Counted from the first letter of the stretch, positions 39,563-48,626 are shown. The stretch: DNA of 64,000 nt from Dehalococcoidia bacterium (GCA_030612025.1 JAUWOR010000005.1:1-64000), one strand, 5' to 3'. The notes: generated by a model not told the origin, from the sequence alone. Translations and numbers: made by a program.

Positions 39563-39709
39563 ATGAAATTCGACGCAATGCAGCCACTCACTATGTGGAG
39601 GCAAATGCCTACCCCGCAAAAAATCGCCTTGGTGATAGCAGTCATACTAACCGTTAGTTACCCGGCAGCAATATGGATACATTTTGCTTTCATTCGGGTA
39701 ACTTTTTAG
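39563..39709 (+). CDS. Putative 48-aa single-TM protein (below the ORF track cutoff)
   Basis: GGGGA SD; MKFDAMQPLTMWRQMPTPQKIALVIAVILTVSYPAAIWIHFAFIRVTF. Confidence 0.55.
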   Translation: MKFDAMQPLTMWRQMPTPQKIALVIAVILTVSYPAAIWIHFAFIRVTF

Positions 39710-39754
39710 AAGCCGCTTTCGGGGCTATATTGCTAAATAAGGGGTATAGTTAGC

Positions 39755-40288
39755 ATGAAGAAGATGAAGTCTTTATTGTCTTTTATTGATGCCACCAGTG
39801 AGTATACCGGGAAGTTTTTCGGTGTCATGTTGATACTGGCACTAGTGGGGATGATAGTTGTTGAGGTAGTAAGGAGGTACGTCTTTGACGACCCGATAAT
39901 GGGCATTCAGGATGTACAGTGTGCCTATTTTGGTGCTTATTACATGATGGCGTCGGCCTATTGCTATTTAGTGGGAGGGCATGTCAGGGTAGATGTGGTT
40001 CATGCGCGCTTTTCACCGCGGGGAAGAGCCATTTTAGACCTGATTACCTTTCCCCTTGGCCTTCTCTTTATCTGCGTACTAATCTGGAGCGGCTGGAAAT
40101 TCGCCATGGACGCCACCTGGATGAAAGGTGTCGGCTGGGTCTTGGAAGTGGACCAATCCCATCTGCGCCTGCCCATGTACCTGGTAAAGTGGACCATACC
40201 CATAGGCACCTTCCTGTTACTTCTTCAGGCATTGGCTAAATTCTTTCGCGACCTCTATTTTGTTGTCACCAGGAAGGAGCTAGTATGA
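39755..40288 (+). CDS. dctQ: TRAP small permease DctQ
   Basis: Four TM segments, EVVRRY, GHVRVD. Confidence 0.93.
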   Translation: MKKMKSLLSFIDATSEYTGKFFGVMLILALVGMIVVEVVRRYVFDDPIMGIQDVQCAYFGAYYMMASAYCYLVGGHVRVDVVHARFSPRGRAILDLITFPLGLLFICVLIWSGWKFAMDATWMKGVGWVLEVDQSHLRLPMYLVKWTIPIGTFLLLLQALAKFFRDLYFVVTRKELV

Positions 40289-41616
40289 GCATTGAGCTTA
40301 TTACCATACTCATGTTCGGTGGCCTTATTTTTCTCTTGATTTTAGGGATGCCGGTTTTCCTTGCCACCGGTAGCCTGGCGGTGATATTTATCACTTTCCT
40401 GTGGAGTCCGGCGGCTTTAGGTGTCGTTGCTATGCGCGTCTTTGGTCAGATGTATCAATACCTTCTCTTTGCTATTCCCCTGTTTATCTTTCTGGCAAGT
40501 ATGATGCAGCAGGCTGGTATCATCGAGGACATGTTTACCACGTTTCGGGAGTGGACAGGTCGGCTGGGAGGTGGATTGGCATCGGCGACGGTGCTGGTGG
40601 GTACTCTTTTGGCAGCTGTAGTTGGCGTTATCGGTGCCGCCGTGGTTACCATGGGAATCATCGCCCTGCCGGCTATGCTGAAACGCAAATACAGCAAGGA
40701 GATAGCCCTGGGGTCTATTATGGCCGGGGGAACTCTGGGAATCCTTATTCCTCCCAGCATATTGTTCATCCTTTATGCCCTGGTGGCTGGGGAATCGTGC
40801 GGAAAACTGTTTATCGGTGGTATCCTGCCTGGTTTGGTCCTTTCCGCTCTTTTTATTATCTATATAACTATAAGGTGCTGGCGCAAGCCGGAACTTGGTC
40901 CACCTCTTACCAAGGAAGAGTTGGCGGAGCTTACCTGGAAGCGGAAATTAATTGACCTGAAGGGTATAGCCTTCCCTATCGGCCTCATCATCCTAATTTT
41001 TGGCTCAATTTTCTTTGGGCTGGCTAGCATCACCGAGGCCGCTGGTGTTGGTGCTTTCGGTGCCATGGTGTGTGCTGCGACAAAGCGCCAGCTTACCTGG
41101 AAAAATGTGAAGGCAGCCAGCCACCAGACGGCAATTGTTACCTGCATGGTTCTATGGACCATCTTCGGCGCCCAGGCTTTCGTCACTTTCTACCTGGCTG
41201 TAGGCGGCGGCGAATTTATAAGCGGGCTGATATTGGGCACAGGGCTGGGTCCATATGGCATCCTATTCATAATAATGGGCATCCTCATTGTCCTGGGGAT
41301 GTTCCTGGACTGGGTAGGCATTATGCTCCTGTGCGTGCCTATCTTTCTTCCCATAATCAAGATGCTGGGTTTTGACCCATTATGGTTCGGCATCCTTTAC
41401 AACGTCAATATGCAGATGTCTTTCTTGAGTCCCCCTTTTGGTTACGCCCTGTTTTATCTCAAAGGAGTAGCCCCTCCAGGAATAAGTATGGAGGACATCA
41501 TCAAGGCTGCCTTACCCTTCCTCGGCCTTCAGTTTATCGGCCTGCTTATTTGTATTAAGTGGCCTATAATATGTTTATATCTTCCCGGTTTGATGTTTGT
41601 TGGCTTTGCGAAGTAG
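40285..41616 (+). CDS. dctM: TRAP large permease DctM
   Basis: AIPLF, GTLGILIPPS, SPPFG. Confidence 0.95.
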   Translation: MSIELITILMFGGLIFLLILGMPVFLATGSLAVIFITFLWSPAALGVVAMRVFGQMYQYLLFAIPLFIFLASMMQQAGIIEDMFTTFREWTGRLGGGLASATVLVGTLLAAVVGVIGAAVVTMGIIALPAMLKRKYSKEIALGSIMAGGTLGILIPPSILFILYALVAGESCGKLFIGGILPGLVLSALFIIYITIRCWRKPELGPPLTKEELAELTWKRKLIDLKGIAFPIGLIILIFGSIFFGLASITEAAGVGAFGAMVCAATKRQLTWKNVKAASHQTAIVTCMVLWTIFGAQAFVTFYLAVGGGEFISGLILGTGLGPYGILFIIMGILIVLGMFLDWVGIMLLCVPIFLPIIKMLGFDPLWFGILYNVNMQMSFLSPPFGYALFYLKGVAPPGISMEDIIKAALPFLGLQFIGLLICIKWPIICLYLPGLMFVGFAK

Positions 41617-41690
41617 ACGTCTTGCCGGAAAGAAAATCCGTAGTTATTAATGGGTTAGACTCTTTATTACTGTCGCTGCGAACTCAACAA

Positions 41691-41789
41691 AAGGAAATAG
41701 GATTTGATGGGGTATTTACCCCCGGGGCGACCAGGGAAGAAATAGTATCATCTATACCTGAAATTGTATCTAGCAGAATTGCTAGCTAA
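41691..41789 (+). pseudogene. Possible remnant of the C-terminus of a B12-binding (acyl-CoA mutase small subunit) domain
   Basis: KEIGFDGVFTPGATREEIVSSI resembles the LKExGxDxVFxPGxxxEEI terminus; no N-terminal DxH motif. Confidence 0.5.
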
Positions 41790-41943
41790 TTTAGAGTTCA
41801 TAATCTTGCCTTTCAGCGCTACTTGTTCAGTAGTTCTAATAGTGCTATCTTGAATCGATGTTGTAATTCTAGTGGTATTTGTACCACCAATTAAAGTGAG
41901 AGAGTTTTTTGCTGAGGAGCCGAGTAATGGGGGCATATATAAG

Positions 41944-42345
41944 ATGAGCAGGCATTTATTCCATGATTTTTTAGCCAGTGATGATACTCTCTGGGTGTAT
42001 AGTGGGGATAGGCTTTTGTTTACCTCAGCTAAAGATGGCTTGCTGCCATTACTTGATTATATTGATAAGTTTGCTCCTTACGAGGAGGGAGTTACAGTTT
42101 TTGACCGAATTGTGGGTAATGCTGCTGCTTTACTACTGGTTAAGGCTGCTGGCAAGAAAGTTTATAGCCCTTTAGGTAGTGAACTTGCCGCCAGGACATT
42201 GGGCAACTACACTGTTGAATATCACTTTAGTGAAGCTGTGCCATATATTCGCAATCCTAGTGGGCAGGATATGTGTCCAATGGAGAAATTATCTTTAAAT
42301 AAAAGTCCTGAGGAGTTTTACGAGCTAATGAAGCTCTCGTATTAG
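41944..42345 (+). CDS. DUF1893 (TM1506-like) protein
   Basis: GLLPL, DRIVGNAAA, IRN....DMCPMEK. Confidence 0.85.
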   Translation: MSRHLFHDFLASDDTLWVYSGDRLLFTSAKDGLLPLLDYIDKFAPYEEGVTVFDRIVGNAAALLLVKAAGKKVYSPLGSELAARTLGNYTVEYHFSEAVPYIRNPSGQDMCPMEKLSLNKSPEEFYELMKLSY

Positions 42346-42363
42346 ATGAGTTAAATTGCCTTA

Positions 42364-42392
42364 TTGACAAGACAGAATCCTTTTCTTAAGAT
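42364..42392 (+). promoter_or_regulatory. Putative sigma70 promoter of the CoA-ligase operon
   Basis: TTGACA-17 nt-TAAGAT. Confidence 0.6.
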
Positions 42393-42419
42393 TAGAATAA
42401 AAATAAATTCCATTAGTTG

Positions 42420-42551
42420 AGGCCGTTTAAAAATGTAGTTGCCCAATTTATTGGGCGACTGTGCCTGATAAATCAGGCAACTACAAAAATTTGGGGGTGA
42501 AATACCTCTGAGATGGCTGAAATTGAACGGAGAATCAAAATTAAACAGCCT
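42420..42551. mobile_element. MITE-like element with TIRs enclosing a GTAG REP doublet
   Basis: AGGCCGTTTAA...TTAAACAGCCT (10/11 inverted match); TGTAGTTGCC...GGCAACTACA doublet at 42434-42485. Confidence 0.65.
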
Positions 42552-42572
42552 ATGGTTTTAAAGGAGGTGTAA

Positions 42573-43820
42573 ATGGCTAGGTTATTTGAATACCAAGGGA
42601 AAGAGTTTCTCAAAGATGTTGGGATTGCGATTCCAAATGGGGGAGTTGCCTCTACGGCGCAAGAGGCGCATGAGATTGCTGCCAGAATAGGTAAACCCGT
42701 GGCGTTGAAAGCTCAAGTTTGGGTTGGAGGGCGTGGGAAGGCAGGGGCAATAAAGTTTGCTGATACTCCTGAGGAAGCAGAAAAGGCAGCCAGTGCTATT
42801 TTAGGAATGGAAGTAAGAGGATTTCCAGTCCGGAAGGTGCTAGTAGAGGAGAAACTGGATATCGAGAAAGAATATTACGTAGGTGTAATTCCCGATGCTT
42901 CCTGGGATTGTAGAGCTCCGGTAATCATGTTCAGCCCCGAAGGAGGGATAGATATAGAAGAAGTCCCAGAGGATAAAATTTTCCGAGCCAGGGTTGATTA
43001 CCTTAAAGGTTTTCCTTTCTATGATGCCTTGGATCTGGCTAGCAGTGCAGGCATCCCTAGTAAGTTGCTAAGGGAAATGGCGGGGGTTATTTCTAAAGTG
43101 GTGGAAGTCTTTAAGAAACGTGATTGCAATATCCTGGAGATCAATCCTTTGGTATTGACTCGAGAGGGCAAAGTGATTGCCGGAGACTGTCGTATGGGTA
43201 TTGATGATAGTTCAACCTTCCGTCACCCTGAGATGGGGATCGCTATCCCCAGGGAATTTCCCTGGGAGCCCACAGATTTTGACATGGTTGGCTGGGGAAT
43301 TGAAGAAACAGACCTTCGTGGTTCAGGATTTGTTATGAAGATGAGCCTGGATGAAACAAGTCCTGGTTTCATCGGTTTCCATGCCATTGGTGGTGGGGGA
43401 GCCATGGTAGGGATGGACGCACTTAGTCGGGTAGGTCTCAAACCGGCAAATTTTGCTGACACGAGTGGCAATCCAGTGGCTTCCAAAATTTATCGAGTGG
43501 CCAAAGTAATTCTATCCCAGCCCAATATTGAAGGTTACCTGCTGGCCGGCTTCCTAATCGCCAACCAGGAGCAGTGGCATCACGCCCATGCTATAGTCAA
43601 GGCCTTGAGAGAAGAACTTCCCAAAAGACCGGGGTTTCCTTGTGTCCTTCTTCTGGCTGGGAATAAGGAGGAAGAGTCTTTGCAAATACTAAGAGAGGGT
43701 CTGAAAGATGTGCCTGGGCGTATCGAAATTTATGGAAGCGAACGTGTAGAGGATAGCGATTTCATTGGGGAAAGGATGCTGGCGTTAGTGAAAGAATACC
43801 ATGAAGAGAAAGGAAAATAA
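42573..43820 (+). CDS. ADP-forming acyl-CoA ligase beta subunit (SucC / citryl-CoA synthetase superfamily)
   Basis: LFEYQGK, KAQV..GGRGKAG, LEINPL; atypical GGGGAM and PANFADTSGNP. Confidence 0.9.
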   Translation: MARLFEYQGKEFLKDVGIAIPNGGVASTAQEAHEIAARIGKPVALKAQVWVGGRGKAGAIKFADTPEEAEKAASAILGMEVRGFPVRKVLVEEKLDIEKEYYVGVIPDASWDCRAPVIMFSPEGGIDIEEVPEDKIFRARVDYLKGFPFYDALDLASSAGIPSKLLREMAGVISKVVEVFKKRDCNILEINPLVLTREGKVIAGDCRMGIDDSSTFRHPEMGIAIPREFPWEPTDFDMVGWGIEETDLRGSGFVMKMSLDETSPGFIGFHAIGGGGAMVGMDALSRVGLKPANFADTSGNPVASKIYRVAKVILSQPNIEGYLLAGFLIANQEQWHHAHAIVKALREELPKRPGFPCVLLLAGNKEEESLQILREGLKDVPGRIEIYGSERVEDSDFIGERMLALVKEYHEEKGK

Positions 43821-43830
43821 GGGAGGTTCT

Positions 43831-44124
43831 ATGTCCATGGAATTTGAAGAAAGAACCATTAAGGTAATCATTGATACCGATAAATGCCCGGATTGCCTAA
43901 GCAAAGCTTGCATAGAGGCCTGTAAGGTTTACAGTCGGGCTATTTTGCAATTAAGTGACGGGAGGCCCTCTGTAAGTCATCTTAGCCCTGAGGAGCTAAG
44001 ACGGAGAGGCACAGAATGTTTAGCCTGCGAGTATGAATGTTGGCAGCGTGGCAATAATGCTATCTATATCGAGATTCCTATTAAAGGTTTGGATGACTAT
44101 CTGAAGAAACGCAGTCTTAAATAG
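43831..44124 (+). CDS. Small ferredoxin-like protein (7 Cys)
   Basis: GGGAGG SD; CPDCLSKACIEAC...CLACEYEC. Confidence 0.78.
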   Translation: MSMEFEERTIKVIIDTDKCPDCLSKACIEACKVYSRAILQLSDGRPSVSHLSPEELRRRGTECLACEYECWQRGNNAIYIEIPIKGLDDYLKKRSLK

Positions 44125-44133
44125 GGGGTAAAA

Positions 44134-45030
44134 ATGGCGATTATTATTGATGAAAATACCAAGGTAATTGTTCAAGGAATAACGGGACGAGAGGGCTCTC
44201 TTCGATCCAAGTATATGAAAGGTTATGGCACTAAGCTAGTAGCGGGTACTTCTCCTGGACGAGGTGGAGAGGAAGTGGATGGAATTCCGGTCTATAATAC
44301 TGTTAAGGAAGCGGTGAGGGCTCAGGGCGCGATAGATATGAGCGTTACCTTTATTCCCGGCCCGGGACTGAAAACGGCGGTATTGGAAGCTATTGACTCT
44401 GGTGTCAAATATATTGTTGCTCCAGTAGAGCGGGTGCCTCTTCATGATATCATGGAGATGGTCTCGGTAGCCAGTAAGTCAGGAGTGATGATAATCGGGC
44501 CGGGGTCGATTGGTATCATGAGCCCGGGGAAGGCTGTGGCAGGATGGTTAGGTGGGAATGTCCAGTGGGCGAATAAGCTATTTCAGCCTGGTCCAATTGG
44601 AGTCTTATCTCGGAGTGGCGGGGAGTCTGGGACAGTGCCATGGGTTCTCAAGAACGGAGGGTTTGGTGTAAGTACAGCCATTCATACAGGTACCGAACCA
44701 ATTCTTGGGGTGTCCTTTGCTGACCTTCTTCTCCTGTTTGAAAAAGACGAACAGACTCTTGCTGTGGCTGCATTTGGCGAGATTGGCGGCAGTCAGGAGG
44801 AGGAGGCAGCCGAGGTTATCAAAGCTGGTAAAGTTACCAAACCTTTCATTATCTATATTGCCGGAACAGCGGCTCCTGAAGGACAACGCTTCTCCCATGC
44901 ATCTGCTATAGTAGAGCGAGGGCGTGGTTCGGTGCAAAGCAAAGTAAAAGTCCTTCGTGAGGCAGGGGCTTATCCCGTGGAAACGCCTAAAGAAATCGTC
45001 CCTACGCTTAAAAAACTGTTGAAGTTATAG
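44134..45030 (+). CDS. ADP-forming acyl-CoA ligase alpha subunit (SucD-like)
   Basis: VQGITGREG, IGPGS, SRSG, GEIGG, phospho-His in RFSHAS. Confidence 0.92.
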   Translation: MAIIIDENTKVIVQGITGREGSLRSKYMKGYGTKLVAGTSPGRGGEEVDGIPVYNTVKEAVRAQGAIDMSVTFIPGPGLKTAVLEAIDSGVKYIVAPVERVPLHDIMEMVSVASKSGVMIIGPGSIGIMSPGKAVAGWLGGNVQWANKLFQPGPIGVLSRSGGESGTVPWVLKNGGFGVSTAIHTGTEPILGVSFADLLLLFEKDEQTLAVAAFGEIGGSQEEEAAEVIKAGKVTKPFIIYIAGTAAPEGQRFSHASAIVERGRGSVQSKVKVLREAGAYPVETPKEIVPTLKKLLKL

Positions 45031-45111
45031 GGGGTGTAATATGTAGAGTGGTTGTTATGTTGGGGTCTTTTTCCAGGTAGTCAAAAAATTAAATCTATAG
45101 GAGGTAAGAAA

Positions 45112-46011
45112 ATGCCAGTTTTGAGGTCAGTGTTTTATGTTCCAGGAAATAAGGAGGAGTTGATTGCCAAGATTCCGAGGATAGCGGCGGATGTTATTAC
45201 ACTGGATATTGAGGATTCGGTGCCGCCGGCAGAGAAACAAAAAGCTCGAGAATTGAGCCATAAGAATCTCAAATTTGCGGCATCATCTGGCGCCGACGTT
45301 TATGTTCGTATCAACAACTGGGAAACGGGTATGACCAATGCAGATTGTGAAGCGGTGGTTGATGAAGGGCTTGTGGCTATTTGTCTGGCTAAGTGTGGGG
45401 GAGCAGATCATGTAAAGCGTTTGGCTTGGAAACTAGAAGAATTGGAACAGAGAAAGGGGTTAGAGGTAGGGAGCATAAAAATTCAGCTATTGATTGAAAC
45501 TGCTAAAGGCATGATGAATGTTTATGAAGCGGCTACTGCCAGTGAAAGAGTTAATTCGCTGATTTTTGGGGCGGTGGATTATACTACCGATATGAGGGTT
45601 ACCCTGACCCAGCCGATAGGTGAGGAACAGAAATGGGCTAGGGCGCGCATGGCCTGTGCCGCTAGAGCGGCCGGTATTATAGCTATTGACTGTCCTTATG
45701 TAGCCTTCAGAGACACTGAGGGCTTTGAGAAAGATACACTCTACGGTCGGCAGTTAGGCATGGAAGGAAGAATGCTGATTCATCCCAGCCAGATTGAGCC
45801 TTCTCACAGGATTTACACTCCGGCACCTGAGAGGGTAGAGTGGGCTAGAGAGGTTGTTAAGGTGTTTGAAGAGGAAGGAATCGCCAAGGGGTCGGCAGCA
45901 GTGTCATACAAAGGCAAGATGGTGGATACGCCTGTTTACGTCGGAGCTAAGAAGATCCTTGATACTATGGCGGAGATCGAAGCCAGGGAAAGAAAGCGCG
46001 CCGGAAAGTAG
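45112..46011 (+). CDS. CitE / malyl-CoA lyase-like CoA-ester lyase
   Basis: RSVFYVPG, LDIEDSV, VRIN, LIETAKG, FGAVDY, IHPSQI, GKMVD. Confidence 0.93.
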   Translation: MPVLRSVFYVPGNKEELIAKIPRIAADVITLDIEDSVPPAEKQKARELSHKNLKFAASSGADVYVRINNWETGMTNADCEAVVDEGLVAICLAKCGGADHVKRLAWKLEELEQRKGLEVGSIKIQLLIETAKGMMNVYEAATASERVNSLIFGAVDYTTDMRVTLTQPIGEEQKWARARMACAARAAGIIAIDCPYVAFRDTEGFEKDTLYGRQLGMEGRMLIHPSQIEPSHRIYTPAPERVEWAREVVKVFEEEGIAKGSAAVSYKGKMVDTPVYVGAKKILDTMAEIEARERKRAGK

Positions 46012-46088
46012 TGCAGTTGTAAAACAGCCAAGTGTTAACTAGTGCCAAAGCTAGCACTAGCAAACGAAATTAGAAGGAGGCGTTCATA

Positions 46089-47465
46089 ATGGATGTCAAA
46101 AAATTGCAGGATATCGTGGGTAGAGATTGGGTGGTAACGAAACCGGAACAAATGGTGGACTATATGCAGGATGCAGTGATGGGAGCTGTAATACCTAAGC
46201 CGGCAAAAAATGTCATCCTGGTAAAACCGGCTAATGCGCAAGAGATATCGGGGATATTGAAGCTGGCGAATAAGGAGAAATTCCCGGTCATTGTTAGGGG
46301 TGGAGGAAGTGGAATGGCTGGCGGTGCTGTACCAAATATAGACTGTGTACTTCTCTCGCTAGAAAGGCTTAACAAGATTGTAGAGCTAAGCAAAGAGGAT
46401 TTAATGGTCACTGTTGAGGCAGGAGTTCCTTACGGTGAGATGTGCGGAGTAGTAGAAGCCGAGGGCATGTTCTTCGCCCCAAGGCCGGGGGATGTGGGTG
46501 CTCATTGTGGCGGTATAGTTGCCACCAATGCCGGCGGTGCCAGAGCAGTAAAGTATGGTGTCACCAGGGCCTTTGTCAAGGGCCTTGAAGTGGTAACTCC
46601 CACCGGGGAAATACTGCATCTTGGTGGCAAGCTACTTAAGTACTCCATGGGTCTTGATTTGCTGCATTTGTTTGTAGGCAGCAAAGGGGTTTTAGGTGTG
46701 ATAACTAAAGTAACCTTCAGGCTTGCTTTGAAGCCGCCCTTTACTTCGCTTATGCTGGCGTCATATGATGAGCGTCTTGATGCCATGAAAGTTGCTCCAC
46801 ATGTAACTGAAGCGATGATAATTCCATTAGCCGGAGAGTATATCGATCACGACCTAGCCGTCGATACTGCTAAGTATCTGGGCATTGAATGGCCGGCCAA
46901 GAAAGGCAAGGCTCACATATTTTTTGTCAGTGAAGGCGCAAGTGAGGATGTAGTGTATTCGGAGCTTGAGAAAATATCCAAGATATGCGAGGAACACGGG
47001 GCACTCGATATAGTAATGGCAGAGAGAAAAGAAGAACAAGATGTTATTTTAAAGTCAAGAGGTGAGACAGGCTCAATGCAAAAGGCGGCCGGTAATATAG
47101 GGGACTTCATGGACGTAGCTGTGCCTCCATCGCGTGTGGCGGATCTCTTTGAGGGAATATTAGAAATCGAGAAGAAATACAATACCTGGATCCCTACCTG
47201 TGGACATGCAAGCGATGGTAATTTACATCCTACGCCTTTGAAGGAACTTGCCGATAGGGGTGTGCTCGAGGATTGTAAGACTGATATATATAAGAAAACT
47301 GTCGAGTTAGGCGGAGTTTTAACTGGTGAACATGGTATAGGAACAATCAGACTTCATAATACTCCTTTGTGGCCCGAGCCCCAAATATGGGAGTACATGA
47401 GAGGAATCAAAAAGGTATTTGACCCGAACAACATATTAAATCCGCACCGTGAAATCCCAGATTGA
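46089..47465 (+). CDS. Second FAD-dependent 2-hydroxyacid dehydrogenase (GlcD/LctD family)
   Basis: Paralogue of 35371-36738; RGGGSG, NAGG, HASDGNLH, GEHGIG. Confidence 0.93.
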   Translation: MDVKKLQDIVGRDWVVTKPEQMVDYMQDAVMGAVIPKPAKNVILVKPANAQEISGILKLANKEKFPVIVRGGGSGMAGGAVPNIDCVLLSLERLNKIVELSKEDLMVTVEAGVPYGEMCGVVEAEGMFFAPRPGDVGAHCGGIVATNAGGARAVKYGVTRAFVKGLEVVTPTGEILHLGGKLLKYSMGLDLLHLFVGSKGVLGVITKVTFRLALKPPFTSLMLASYDERLDAMKVAPHVTEAMIIPLAGEYIDHDLAVDTAKYLGIEWPAKKGKAHIFFVSEGASEDVVYSELEKISKICEEHGALDIVMAERKEEQDVILKSRGETGSMQKAAGNIGDFMDVAVPPSRVADLFEGILEIEKKYNTWIPTCGHASDGNLHPTPLKELADRGVLEDCKTDIYKKTVELGGVLTGEHGIGTIRLHNTPLWPEPQIWEYMRGIKKVFDPNNILNPHREIPD

Positions 47466-47586
47466 TCTTCTCTATTTTTGTTTGCCAAGTAATACTACCG
47501 CTGAAGTGAGCTGAGGAATGGATGGCGCATGTTTGGTCATCCTGCTGTCCGGTGGTTATGGTTGTACTCCGTATCATTATTAATTT

Positions 47587-47642
47587 CCTTAGCCCCTCCT
47601 CTTTCACTAAGCCTTAAAAAAGGGAGGGGCTAAGGTATTTTT
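47587..47642 (+). terminator. Intrinsic terminator
   Basis: CCTTAGCCCCTCC...GGAGGGGCTAAGG followed by TATTTTT. Confidence 0.7.
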
Positions 47643-47786
47643 ATAGCACCTCCAGTTTTCGAGGAATTTAATCTGCTGAACTATAAACATAATATAGCGA
47701 AGTTGGCAAGGGGGGTTAAACCTATGTTAAAGCAATGGCCGCCCAGATTCGTATTGTAAGGCAAGTCAATTGTCATTTCCTTGTAT

Positions 47787-48611
47787 TTAGGGCATTTTAT
47801 GGTGTAACTCTTCAATGCGGTAGCTAAATGTGCCAGCAGGGGCGATGACTTCAATTGTTTGTCCTCTTTCTTTGCCTAAAAGGGCTTTGCCTATAGGTGA
47901 TGCGATGGAAATTCTGCCCTTGGTTGGATTTGATTCCCGGGGGTAGACTAGGATGTAGTGGAGCTGCTTATCTGAAGAGAAGTCGTAAAGCATCACTGTG
48001 TCACCGCTTTTTATCTTCGATGTGCCTTGATTTTCAGCCATAATTGTGGCTGATTTTAAAGTTGCCTCTAACTCTTGGATTCTTCCTTCTAGATGTGCTT
48101 TATGTTCTCGAGCTGCTGCCAGTGGAGCATTTTCTCGGAAGTCTTTATCAGCTGCCGCTCTACGTATTTCCTCGGTGACCTCAGAGCGCTGACTCTTCAA
48201 ATCAGCCAACTCTTTTTCAAGTTTGGCATAACCTTGTGCCGTTAGAGTAGTTTGGGCTGGGAGATTTTGCTGAGGTGAAGCTCCCTTGTGGGATATTTTT
48301 TTCACTCGGAGGTGGACAGCTAAATTCACCTTGCTGAATCCTTTTCTGCGAATATAGGTAAGGAAAGACTTAACCGGCTTTGTCTCCGAGGGGGTGATTT
48401 GCTCAGCGTAGATAGCTATATCGAGAGGACTAAGCTCGTCTACTTTTCTGTGTAGGCCAAGCCAGCGGATAAATTTATATATTTCCCTCTGTGCCTTTTC
48501 TCTGTCTTGCGGGGGTAGACTAATTAAATAATCAGCAGCTACTTCAACTACTGTAGAATCTGGACTAGTGATATTACTCACAGAATAACTAATGATAAGA
48601 TGAAAGGGCAA
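47787..48611 (-). CDS. greA: GreA/GreB factor with an extra N-terminal helical domain (start uncertain)
   Basis: LTAQGYAKLEKEL, DFRENA, ISIASPIGKALLG, APAG. Confidence 0.9.
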   Translation of the reverse strand: MPFHLIISYSVSNITSPDSTVVEVAADYLISLPPQDREKAQREIYKFIRWLGLHRKVDELSPLDIAIYAEQITPSETKPVKSFLTYIRRKGFSKVNLAVHLRVKKISHKGASPQQNLPAQTTLTAQGYAKLEKELADLKSQRSEVTEEIRRAAADKDFRENAPLAAAREHKAHLEGRIQELEATLKSATIMAENQGTSKIKSGDTVMLYDFSSDKQLHYILVYPRESNPTKGRISIASPIGKALLGKERGQTIEVIAPAGTFSYRIEELHHKMP

Positions 48612-48626
48612 GCAGTGTCAATTGAT

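Noticed and set aside
40401-40955. 184-aa alternative-frame ORF within dctM
   Set aside because: It is an off-frame overlap of a well-supported gene with no motif or SD, like the many other short shadow ORFs in the track.
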